A DNA stretch of 64,000 nucleotides from contig CM060733.1 of NCBI GenBank assembly GCA_030704615.1, forward strand, positions 66,340,001 to 66,404,000, written 5' to 3'. The DNA comes from Takakia lepidozioides (taxonomy: Eukaryota; Plantae; Bryophyta). The notes under the pieces are model-generated. The model made no database searches. It was given only the letters and a program-made list of their open reading frames with translations, and had not been told where the DNA came from. Shown in pieces: positions 12,231 to 23,958 of the stretch (its first letter is position 1; each line of letters opens with the position of its first letter). The position numbers were made by a program, and so were the translations under genes.

Positions 12231-12878
12231 GAAGCGTATGGTTGCATCGCAAAAGCAGGAGCTGTTGCGAAGAATGATCAAGGTCTGAGTGGTTAAAAAT
12301 TAAGGAAATCCATGCTGAGCTGAGAAGAATGTCTGACTTGATGAAGTGCCTTCAAAACATTTCACCCTGTTTTCCCGTCTTATGGAATTCCTGATCATTT
12401 GTTCATCGTGTTTCATATTACCGGTTGAGTGAACCTTACATAGTTTGCAATGCGTGTGCAAAGCCGGCAGCTCTGGAGAAGGCTGCTTGTGCATGTCATT
12501 CTTAGGCATTGGTTGGATTTGTTTTCATTGTTGTTCCATGGCACTCCATACTTCCTAAACTTGTTTTGTTTTCATTGTTGTTCCACGATTGTTGCTATGG
12601 TGGTTGCGCTGCTCGTTGCGATGCTGGTTTTGGCACCGATGTTGGTTCTCACGATTTTTGGGAATGACAGAGTGACGACGAGCCCGACACACTGGTGGTA
12701 TCATCAACAACTCCAACTCATCGCATGTTTGAATCGCCCAACTTGGGGCGAGAGGGCAAACTTAAACCTTTTGTTGGTGGACGGGAGGACCTGCAGCGAG
12801 AGTACGACAGAATAGGCATTGGGGAGGTTGGTGCAGGCGGCATGGCAGGTGAAGGGCGTGAGGACAGCAGATCCGGCA

Positions 12879-15800
12879 ATGGAGGTTGTTGATGCACATG
12901 CAGTAGGGCCCGCCCACGCAAAGAAGAAGAAGAAAGCTAAGCACATGCAATCCCCGGCGAGAGAGTCGTCACGGGCTGCGGAGGGGGGAGTGAGCAGTGC
13001 GCGTGAGGGTGTCAGTTCGCCTCAATCAAAGGTGGTCGTCCTGGAGGGCAACCAACCCCAACGACCTCGATTGGCATTTTGCCGTGGAGTGTGTTGTGTT
13101 GAAGGTTGCGGGGCCCAAAGATCGCAGTCTTCTCAAAGCTGCAATGGCGGACATCAACTCGCCTCTTGCTTTTGGACCCATCCGATTGTAAGTCATTTCA
13201 TTGCGAATCCTCATATTTGTTGAAAATTCCCATTTCAGTATTGTTTGATGGAAATGTGGCATTGCAGGGTGACTGAGAATGCCTTCATTGCCACCAACTT
13301 GTCCCATATGCTCTTTTGAGTGAAGGATGTCGGGAAGCAGGGGGTGCAAGAGTTTGCCAATTCACTCAGTGCCGACCTCCTGCGCAAGTCGGAGGCAAAG
13401 GCAGACAGAACCTGGTATAGGCTGAGCATGGACGCCATGGTGGACTACATATTTCGGGTAAAGCTCCTCACTGTTTTGTTGAGCTAATGTGTCTCTCCTC
13501 CCCCAATAGAAGAAAAAGTGTTGAGCAGGATCTCTAATCTTATGTGCGCATTCTTGACAGACGAAAATTCAGCAGGATTTGGCACATGCGCGGAGGTTCT
13601 ACATGGAGTCAGAGGAGAAGAATCTAACCCTCTCGGCACTTGAATCGTATCTCAAAGCTGCGGAGGCCAGGGCCCGCATAAAGTACAAGTCGCGGATGGT
13701 AAAGTACGTGGCCATAGCTGATCCCGCCCTTGGTGCCGACTTTCTGGTGGAGGTGGGGAAGCACTACTCCCGTGCTCTGAAGCCCACGATGACATTGGAG
13801 AAGCTCCATCGTCTAGCCACATCCTGTGTGGATGCAACAGAAAAGGTGATACATTCTTAACCAAATTGTGGTGGCAACAACTCGTTTTTGTGGTGTTTGG
13901 CGCTTACGAATATGCTGGGTGGTTGGACAGACCCGGTGGCTCCAAATCTGGAATGGTTCCCAAAGTACAAGGGACATGTGGAGCTTCCCCAAACTGGACA
14001 AACTGTCTGACCCCACATTCGACATGTGGATGAACCGCATGACATGGTGGTTTCAGGTACTTCCCCACGCTTCGTTTGGCGCTTCTACTCTTGTAGGGGG
14101 TGGATTCATTGTATTTTTTGAGGAAAGCGATCTGATGGAGAATCTCCACAGGTGACGACGAATGCGCAAGAGCAGCTGGACACACAAGCACATCAGTTCA
14201 AGATGGAGATTTCTCCTGCAGCAGAGAGCCTACGCGACTATGTGACGAGGTACTTTCTGCTCTACAAAACCGACCTATTCTTTCGGGAGATACCCCATGC
14301 CCGCCGGAGCCACGAGTTTACCGACCAGCCGAACGCGGACAAAGCAGCAATGCGCCTTCTGTACAGGTACATACGTGATGCCTTCCTTTCAAGTCCTTGC
14401 ATTTCAGGATGTTAGAGGCCTCGTGTGGTGCATGAAAATTGGTCTTTGGGAAAATGGCGCCGAATTTCCAGTTCAGGGCTCCGAAAATAGCTAAGTCCAT
14501 AGGGTGCCTGGCCCTGAACTGGAAATTCGGCGCCATTTTTCCAGTTCAAGGCCATATTACCGTTCTGGGACAGCCATTTTCGGGCCGGAAATGGGAAAAT
14601 GGCGCCGAATTTCCAGTTCAGGGCTCCGAAAATGGCTAAGTCCCTAGGGTGGCTGGCCCTGAACTGGAAATTCGGCGCCATTTTTCCAGTTCTAGGCCCT
14701 ATTACCGTTCTGGGACTTGGCCATTTTCGGGCCGGGAATGGGAAAATGGCGCCGAATTTCCAGTTCAGGGCTCCGAAAATGGCTAAGTCCCTAGGGTGGC
14801 TGGCACAAAAAACCGAAATTCGGCGCCATTTTTTGAGTTTTAGGCTTTGGCAGTTTTGGAACTTAGCCATTTTCGGGCCAAACCGGGAAAAATGGCGCCG
14901 AATTTCCAGTTCCGGGCTCCCAAGATGGCTAAGTCCCTAGGGTGGCAGTCACCGAAAACCGAAATTCGGCGCCATTTTTCCATTTCTAGGCCCACTCACA
15001 TCCGCCCCAACCTGGGAAAATGGTGCCCAATTTGCAGTTCAGGGACCTCATTGTGTTTTTCATGAATGCAGGTACTGCAAGTTCTCCCTTTTGGAGAAAG
15101 GTCATCTGTCTTTCGAGCCACCATTCTTCCTGGCATGGAGGAACCTTGGGGCTGACTCCATGTACACTGACGATATTGTGAAGGAGTGACATCTGGAACA
15201 TTTGCGTGATTGCCCTTGGTATGTGGACCTTTCGCCCGGCTCGCTCGACCCATCCGAGTTTCAATTGAAGCTGGATGCTGAGGCCCGACGAAACCGGGCT
15301 CCGCTGCCTCCGCTGGGTGCAAAAGAGGCAAAAGCGCTTGCGAACTCCAGGAAAGCGGCAGAGCTTGCTCAGGCAGGAATTCAGGAGAAATTGAATGAGA
15401 AGAATAAAGGCCAAAGGAAAAGGACAAGGAAACAGGTGAGTATAGTAACACCCAAAAAACAGAAAACCATCGGGGCATCGGAGGAGGCGCAGGAGGGGAC
15501 CCAAGGGAGTGACTCAGACGACGACTTTGTTCAAGGTCCTGCGACTGCTGTTGCTGCTACCAAGTCACCGGTTGTCCGGGTTCCCAAGTCAGTTCGGAGT
15601 GGGACTGGCTCTACCAAGAAGTTGGCATTTGAGGGCGAGCCTACACGGCGGTATTCGGCGGTGACGTTTACGCACAGGCCAAAGCTAGAACCTCCAACCA
15701 TCATCCAATGCGTCAATGAGAGCTTCCTTGACGCTCTCACTGCCAGGGCAAAGAAGGTGGCACACAACAAGTCTCTGGCGGAGCAGAAGGGGAAAGCCAA

Positions 15801-17425
15801 GAAGAGGGCTGCCGGTACAGAGCCTAAAGACACCCCTGGTTTTGAAGCCATGATGGAATTCTTCACAGCTGTGAGCACGGATTGCAAGAGCACTCGGGGG
15901 GGGGTTGAGGTGGAGAGAGCTTGCGATATGATTCTCCTCGACATTCCAGATGGGGAGCTGCTGGAGGGCCTGGATGGTGTGCCCACCTGGAACAGGTTTA
16001 CTGAGGACTACTGGAAAGCCGGGTTTGGGCTGGCGGGGATGCTCCTGGATGACGGTGGATGTGTGGTTGTCCTTGCCACAAGAGGGAAGACCACAGAGAA
16101 TGCGGTGGCAAGATGGACACCAAAAAGTGTCACCCCGGTCCTCCTCAGAAAATGGTTCTGCATCAATACACAGGGGTTGCGAACAGAGGGCCAAAGTGTA
16201 AGTTATCAATCTATTGCATTCACCTCATATTGTGGTGTATCTAAACTAGATCCCGGAGTTGATCCCTCTTTTGTTGGATGTGCAGACATTGGTGTTTGAG
16301 GCATATTGCTTTGTGAAGAGAGGGTCTACGTTCAAATTCCGCAACGACGGTTGTCTTGTTGATGCCGCTATGGACCCTGTTACCTACGATGTCCTCTACA
16401 ACTATGTGCCCCACTCCAGTATGCCGAAGGACACAAAGATAGGCAAACCGTGGCGGTACAGCCGGACCCGGAGCCCTGCTTTCATCCAATCCCTCATGGA
16501 GACGTGCTCGGATGTCCAAGGGCGGATTCTGGACCTCACATGCGGCACGGGTAAGCCTTCACGTGCTCAGTTTGTCCCCTGGCCCAATTGCAATTGCATG
16601 CCGCAAGCTAATAACCGCCCGCTTTGTTCCTCAGGTGCTTCAATGTGGGCAGGGACGTTGTCTGACAGGCATGTGTTCGCCTTCGAGCCAGATACTGCCC
16701 TCCACAACTCGGAACTTGCAGCGGCTGAACGTCTGCCAAAAGAGGAAGAGACATCCTCGGAGGATGAGGAAAAATCCGAGAAGGAGCAGGGGGAGGAACA
16801 AGTTGGGATCGAGGCCGAGGTGCCCCCGGTGTATGAGTGAGTGGTCGCATTGTAAGTTGCCTCCAGATTTTGTGAGGCACCTCCCTTCGCTCTCTTATTT
16901 CATTGAAAACCCTTTCTGCTTCTGCTAGTATTGACATTCTTGAAGTGGATTTGTTCTTACCCAAGTACGGCAGGAGGGACGTCTACACCGGAGTTCATGG
17001 GCAGGAGGAACGTGCCTTTTTTTGCCAGGGGGGATTTCATGCCTAGTCGAGAAAGGGACTACATCCTTCCTACTTATGTTGCCCGGCTTGCTTCGGTGTC
17101 CATTAGGAGGTGTTCCGAACCTAGTTGTGTACAGCAGATTTTAGACGAGGCAAGCCTCAAGAAAATGAAGATGAGGGAGGAGGCAGCAGCTATTAGAGCC
17201 CGTTGGGCTCGTAGATTTGTCTTGGATTCTGCTGAGGAAAGTGGGGGAGAAGAGGCAGAAGATTCCCAGGAGGTGAGGTGGACAGTCCCCCAAGGAGAGG
17301 ACGGCATTTTTGAGAGGCATACTGCAACCAATGCATCACAGAGCTCGGAGCATGGGGGGGATGAGGGGGATGAGGGGGATGAGGAAGAAGGAGGGCCAAG
17401 TTCCTCGGAAGGTGTAGGAGAGTAG
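12879..17425 (+). pseudogene. Multi-exon gene encoding a beta-class amino (N4C/N6A) DNA-methyltransferase-like protein with a long N-terminal region (paralogue A)
   Basis: Phase-consistent GT-AG exons 13239-13457, 13561-13845, 13931-14056, 14152-14366, 15072-16197, 16286-16550, 16635-16836, last exon to 17425. Spliced product has DMILLDIPDG (motif IV-like), LLDDGGCVVV, then RSPAFIQSLMETCSDVQGRILDLTCGTGASMWAGTLSDRHVFAFE (motifs X-I-II). Stops at ~13318 and 15187; internal deletion at ~13040. Confidence 0.8.
14449..14981. repeat. Four tandem ~147-bp units, each a long hairpin, inside intron 14367-15071
   Basis: Arm GGAAAATGGCGCCGAATTTCCAGTTCAGGGC, ~30-nt loop, then GCCCTGAACTGGAAATTCGGCGCCATTTTTCC; units at ~14449, 14594, 14741 and 14886 (last two have shorter arms). 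Confidence 0.92.
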
Positions 17426-17519
17426 TTCCCATTCCTGCTATGACAGTTAGGACATACTTGTATAGACGTGGCTTGCCACAAAATTTGCAATAAAATATTG
17501 CATTTCATTGCTATGACGA

Positions 17520-17634
17520 GTCCACATGACCCTATTTCCGTGCCTCCTAACCCTATTTCCGTGGACAGACAATGGCCCGCTCATGCTTTTTTTTTTCCCA
17601 CTCATGCTCATGCCGCTCATGAAAGCAGCCCCCC
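17520..17634. mobile_element. Right terminal inverted repeat of MULE-like element A
   Basis: ...ccctatttccgtggaca...gctcatg...gctcatgccgctcatgaaagcagcccccc; similar to 32220-32349 and inverted relative to 19001-19130. Confidence 0.7.
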
Positions 17635-18719
17635 TCCTATGATCAAAAGCTCAATGGAAATCAGTACATGCTAATACCTCTCTACTATGATCACTGTACT
17701 AATGCCATGCACAGGCCTGAACAGAGCCTAAAGAAAGCACCATATCCTCTACTACCACTACAAGATAGCTTAGGGACCAGGTACACATCAACTTCAAGCT
17801 CAAGTAATGATGACTGCACTGGCAGAGAAAGCAAGAATTGATGAGGGGAGGGCATCCCACCATAACGGCAGTGCTAACAAACTCAGTGAAAGATCTCTTG
17901 AACTTGAGGCCCTGCTCACCACACACCAAAACCAGGGCGTAGAGTGGGCTGCCCCCATGGAGGCTTTGCTGGCCACAACTCAGAAGACGCACGTTGAGAT
18001 GGATTGGCCGACCGCTCTCAGCTGGTGCCAGCACTTGGAAGGTGGACTTGGATTCCATGATGTAGTTGCCAACCAAAACACCCAAGTGCCTTGGAGTTGG
18101 CAGCAGATGTCGCCCCCCACCCGGCCACAACCGCCTCACTGTCCTTGTACTTCCAGGGAGCACACTTAAACCTCTTCCCTACCCTGGACACCGCCTCCCC
18201 CCTTTATGTTCACAAGATCCACTCATGTGTACATTAAACTGCCATCATTCTCTAACTTACTGTTGTTCTGCCCCAGCTGGCTCCCCGACCTTAAAAGGCA
18301 TCCCACTACCCCGCAGTATCTACCACACACACCCCACAGGCGCAGAGCTGTGACTCAAGACCAGCACCTTGGACAAGTTTCCCTCTGTCAGTCGCCACTC
18401 ATGGTACCACAATTCACTTACCCTGGTACAAGACTTCTCAATCTTTGTCAGCTGAAGCATAGCTCCAACAACGACTCTCGTTCAAGCAAGGACAACTCTG
18501 CACTTTCAATCTCCTCTACCCCAGCTGTTCGGGCACTCCGGCTCTCTCTATTTCAAACATCTTCACCTACATGTTACTCTATCCACATGATTTTACACAA
18601 AGATTTTTACTCTATGATCATATCAAATGACTTCTACCACATTTTACACAAAGATTTATACTACGTGATCTCCTTCATTGATTACCACAAAATGTATTAC
18701 CGCCATTTTGTTATTCTTC

Positions 18720-18862
18720 AACTTCCAGATGTATACAATCCATATCCTATTTACCATCGTCTCCCTGACGTATACCATCCATCTTCTGTTTGGCATCGCC
18801 TCCCAGGCGTATACCATCCATCTTTTGTTTGTCATCGTCTCCCAAACGTTTATCATCCATCC
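18720..18862 (+). repeat. 39-bp tandem repeat (~3.5 copies)
   Basis: catcgtctccc..acgtataccatccatcttctgtttg units (translate as HRLPDVYHPSSVW). Confidence 0.75.
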
Positions 18863-19000
18863 CCTACTTGCCTTATTGCACAATTCTCATACCGTGACAC
18901 ATATGTCCAAAAAATCTCACTACATCCGTTCCCCATACACCCATACCCCAAAATCCCTTACAATGGAATATCACACTCTCTCCTTCAATATGCCGTAAGT

Positions 19001-19130
19001 GAGGTTTACTATTTCATGAGCAGAAAACCATGAGCCATGAGCCATGAGCCGCATGAGCCGCATGAGCGGTGAGCCGAAGTCTAAGACACGCGGATTTCAT
19101 GAGCGGACTCCTCCAAATTTGGAAATGAGG
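19001..19130. mobile_element. Left terminal inverted repeat of MULE-like element B, containing CATGAGC heptamer repeats
   Basis: gaggtttactatttcatgagc...catgagccatgagcc aligns to the reverse complement of 32220-32349 (gggggctgctatttcatgagccatgagcc...). No TSD recognisable. Confidence 0.72.
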
Positions 19131-19841
19131 CAGATTAAACAAGTATTAAAATAATAGTTTTTTTAATTTGACCTTGCCGTTTTTGGAAGTTCCACATCCT
19201 GTAATGCGGCGAAGATATGTCGTCAGTAACAAGTCCGCTCATGGTTTTTTAGATCCGCTCATGGAAATGAGTGACCGTGCAATGAGAAATCCAGTATACC
19301 ACGGCAAAAGGACGTCGCATACTGGCCTGTATAGAGTATTCCGCTGTTTTACATGCCTTAACATTGGAATGAAGGTGACCCTTTTGCTGCGATTGAACCA
19401 ATAGAGTCTGCAGTACTTCACAATTCTGTCATCTTCGGGTATTCGGCGGGAAAGGTTTGCGACTCAACTGGGAAATGCGGTGCCGCATTAGGGTTCGCAC
19501 GTGTGAAATTTTTGGGCGGTTTGGTGTTGGCGAAGGCTGCATCTACCAGTACCTACGACGTTACTTGGAAATGCGGCGCCGCATTTCCTTGCCGGGGGTC
19601 GAATGAGGAAAGCAAAGTTTGGGAGAGCAGAAAAACAGGAATCCTCCAACACACAAAAATACATGCACGTGGAAACACAAGTGAATGACATAGTATTATC
19701 TTAGTTCGAGCAAAACAGGTTACTGGTAGGCAAGACATAAGTCGGACCTTTCTGTGGCCAGAGTCAGAGGTACTTGCAGCAGTACAGTTCTACTATCCAA
19801 AAAGGATGGGCATACCATTGTGTTGGGACCGCAAGCCAAGC

Positions 19842-22800
19842 TCACTGGTCCCCTGGATCCATATTCAGAAGAGTGTGCACCTCTTGGGGGCTCAACCCTG
19901 GTGTATGTATGAAGTGATGAGTTGTGGAACTACACCGGAGTCTCTTTAGGTAAACATAGTACAGATGCTTGCAAGGGCAGTATGATGCCCCCTTGTTCGC
20001 CATGATCTGGAAGTCGGTGCAATTGCAGGTGGGTAATTCTGAAATGGTGATGGTGTACACCTCATTGCGAACAGCTGAGCCTGCCGTGGCCATCTGATAC
20101 ACACGCCCAAAGCCTGGTGGGGGCACTTCTGTCGAGCTCTGGATTGTACAGTTCATCCGAAGTGCATTCCCCATCCTTGTCTCGTTCACTTTTGAGGGAG
20201 GTCGCCGCCTCTTCGGTTTCCCCCAACAGTGTGTAGGATGCTTAGAGCTGTCGCGTCCCATTGTTCTTGCTCTCACAGGGGTCGGTGGTGGAGGCTGTGG
20301 AAGCAGAGATGGTTGTCTGGGGACGTCAGTGCGCTGCACCATCCGAAATCCTGCGGCAGTAAGGGTGTCAGCCTCAACCTGACTCAGATCACAGCCTGGT
20401 TCCACCAGCCACACTGGGGGAGCCTCTGGCATTGTTTGTATGCCATACTTGGGCTTTCCATACCCACAAGTCATAATGTCGCGCCTGCAGAACCAGAACT
20501 GGGTGGTTGTCGCCTCCACAAACTTTGCATGGACAAATCTTCCTGTAAAAGTAGGAGCAGGGACAGCCCCATCTGGATTCCTCCTTATCATCTCTAAACA
20601 ACGTTGCCGTGTATCCACTCGAATTGCGGAACACCTGCCTCGAAACGACGGCTTTGTGCGAGCAATTCTCCACTGTGACGCAGACACAGTCGTCTCCATA
20701 ATGGCTTGGCCATACTACATAACAGTGGGCGGAATCTGGGGCAAGCGAGCGGTGGGAATTTCTCACACGGAATCCCCGCTTGAAGGCGATGGCAATCTGG
20801 AATTTCTTGGGCTTCCACTGCTGGAAGACACTTTGTGCGGCAACATGACGGGACCTCGAGGTGTTGTCCGAATGTTCCTGTCGGATCTCCAGGAATCCTC
20901 TTTGCACCCGGGTTCCTCTTCAATCCTCCACCTCACAGGGCGAGTACGGACATCCCCCTCTAGGTGTTCACCTCTGCGGTTCAGAGGCATCCCTTTGATC
21001 TTCTCTCGCAATGATGTCGCCCATTTCAGTGGATTCTTTGACCTCGAAGTTGTTCGTACCAACAATTCCTCCCTATCCGGCCCAAAGCCCCATTGTTTCC
21101 CGCTCAGGAACTTGTAGTACGTGGCTTGCTGCATGATTGCTCTGTGGATGTCCTCCGTTGTGGCCGTCACTACGTCCACCATATGTGCGGCAGAAGACGC
21201 TCGCCAGGAGGAGTGGACTGATTCTGCCATATTCGTGTTGGGCATGTCCGTGTTGGAATCCAAGCACCGCTCCTACAAGGACACAAACAATGGTGAGGGA
21301 CCAATGGAAAGGTCCGTTATAGAAAGACAATTGCACGAAAATGACAGCATCATACCTCCCGCATGTACTGTCCGAACTGTCGATACCGGAAATGCCACCA
21401 CCCCAACCAGCTGTGCAAGGCTCCCAGATTGGTTGTCTCCACTGCACCTGACGTGTTCCACCAAGCCTCGATGATAGCAAACTTTACCTCCACGTCATCA
21501 AATGTGGGAACATCCTTCCATGCCGTACAAAGGACACGGTGTTCAGCCTGGAATGAGCTAGCAACAAATTTGGTAGTGTAGTGAGATAGACTCTGCATCC
21601 AATGGAATCCACAGGATCTCTCTTTCCCCTCCATTGGAACATTGGGGTCCTCACCGTACACACGCCGCACCGCTGCCCAGTTGGCCTGAGCGTTGTCTGC
21701 CATGAATCCCCTGAAATTGGGCTTTGGCAATCCCGCCCTTGCCATCTGCTCGTTTATGCCCTCCCACAGATGCATCTCCGATTGTGTGTCCTCCCCTTTC
21801 ATCTCGCAGATTGCAATCGTCATGAGCCTCTTGGAGTGATAGTCATAAACATGCGCACCCATAGTCACCCACTGATGGTTTGTAGTTCGCTTGATGTGAT
21901 CAAACATCACCCAAGCATTCGACAAGTTTCCAGTTGTCATGCGAGTGACCAAGTCGACTCCACTCCCAGGCCCACACGTCGACATTTTAAAAATGTAACA
22001 ACGATCGAATTCGCTGCCTTGACCTGGAAACCTGCTACCTTGGATGTAGTCATATCCAGTCATACGTTTCACCTCCAGGATTGAGTGCATGTCCGACCCC
22101 CGGCCGAACTCCTGCTTGCAAGATACGATGTGATTCCGCACATTCGGACTACAAATGTGCGAGACGGATTCCAACAGGTCAAGCATCTCCTCTTCGTTCA
22201 AGGGCACTCGGTCTGAACCATGTTCAGACATGATTTTGCCAAGAGCAATCTTGTGGGCTGCCTTCAGCTGAATCTGCTTTGGTCTGGCTCCGGGGCTCAA
22301 TTTCACCTCCTCTTTTATGATGTCGTGTGCTTCCTGCACAGCCTCACGCATGTTGCCTCTCGCCAAGGGGTGGCAGTGGACCCGAACGTGTATTCAAGCT
22401 CTAGTCAAGTCCGGGAGCAAATGGATTACGTAATATTGCTTGGCTCTACACATGGGCATGCACGTCGGTGGTTCTTTGCAATGTGCGCACTTGAAAGTAC
22501 CCGCAGGAGCTTGGCTGGAGACAATGAATGGATGATGGGTTGTGCCAGTCCAATCCGTCTCGTTTCTCCGCCCTCCTTTGGAGAGAAAGTGGAAGCAGGC
22601 GGGATTGAGGCACCTCAGCTTCCCCGCACAGAGGACGTATCGTACACGAACACCATCAGCAATTTTCATGCTACTGGTCTTCGTCACACACCAGGGGTGT
22701 CCGTCATGCTTTTGATCCATGTCTGTTAACATCCCTGAGGCTTTGTTTGACGAAGTAACAGGTGGAAACTCGAAGATGACATTGCCATCAACTTTGGGAG

Positions 22801-23033
22801 GCAGATACGTTCCTGACTGGAAATTTGGCATAGTCGAGAGCAGCCAGCTCGAAGCGAGAACCATCGAGGTGATGTTGTTGTAGGAGCTGCACAATGGACC
22901 GAGTTGGAGTTATGCTCGAGGATACATGCGTAGCACCTGCAGAGACGTCCATGTCGGATTTGAACGACCGTGTGGAGGACATGGGGACCTCAATGCACTC
23001 ATCTTCCTTGTTGGAAATGTCGAATACGTCCAC
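19842..23033 (-). mobile_element. Mutator-like (MULE) transposase pseudogene: GCM-like zinc finger, DDE core, SWIM finger
   Basis: N-terminal CAGKLRCLNPAC...CAHC...CRAK...HCHP. Catalytic WVMFDH, FMADNA, CGFHW (CxxH) and PNTNMAESVH. C-terminal CNCTDF...CKHLYYV (SWIM). Intron ~21275-21355; in-frame stops at 22394, 20763 and ~20716. Confidence 0.9.
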
Positions 23034-23264
23034 ACGAGAAATGACGGTCCAGGTCGGGAATGATTATCGTTGCATACCAGGAGGGAGCGGGAAAAACTGT
23101 AATGCGAATTGTTTATAGGTGAAGCCCAACTGCCCTTGTATGCGAAGCCTAGTTATGAGGTTTGTCTGGGAAATGCGACACCGCATTCGCATTTTATGTT
23201 TTCGGTTGCACTCTACGAGTACGTTGGTCTCAACTTTTGCTCACGCATGTTGACTGCCCTGCAG

Positions 23265-23958
23265 GTATATGAAATACGTGCTTCTTCAGACAGGGGCCCT
23301 GGCTCAAGAGCCCCCGTTCTTCATGGCTTGGACCGTGGCGGGCCCAAGCTGTGTCTACACACCCGAGATGCAGAAACAATGGCATGTTGCGCATCTCGTT
23401 GGATGCCCGTGGTACCTGGACATGTCTGGCGGAATTGTCGACGAGTCTGAGAAAGATCTGCACGCGAAAGTAGAAGAGAAGAGAAAGGAAAGATGTGTCC
23501 CTGCTGGGCCAGAGTTGGCAAAGGAAGCTGCTGCTCTGGAACAATCCAGAAAGGCAGCTGAGATGGCACAGAAGACGGTGGATGCAGCTCTGCAGGCTCA
23601 ACAGAGGGGTCGAAGAAGAGGACTTGCCAGCAAGGAGCAGCAGTTGTGACACCAAAGAAAACGAAGAAGAAGAAACAGAGAGAGCAGGAAGAGGGTGACG
23701 AAGAGGACTCCGATGGAGACTTTGCAACCAGCCCACCCCCCGAAACGCAGCCGAAATCCCCTGTGCCCACCGTTGTCACGAGAGGGACGAGAACAGGCTC
23801 GGCAAACAAGGCACTCTTCAACCCCCCGGGGGGGCACCCTTTCGAGCCGGTGGAAATGAAGAGGCCAAAAGTGGATCCCGATACAGTAGTCCAGTGTGTA
23901 AATGAGAGTTTCTTGGCGGCTTTGGATGGACGGGCAACCAAGTTGGCATACGAGCAGA
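23265..23958 (+). pseudogene. Single-exon fragment of the MTase-family gene (paralogue B)
   Basis: EPPFFMAW...CPWYLDMS...SRKAAEMAQ...VTPKK...DSDGDF...KSPV...RPKVDPDTVVQCVNESFLAAL is collinear with 15072-15770; same acceptor phase (cag|gta). Truncated before the MTase motifs. Confidence 0.85.

Noticed and set aside
15900-16720. Bacterial contamination or a restriction-modification operon as source of the MTase
   Set aside because: The gene has multiple phase-consistent GT-AG introns and is interleaved with plant PPR genes and plant transposons.
18206-19033. 275-aa ORF
   Set aside because: Low-complexity, driven by a 39-bp repeat, with no recognisable domain.
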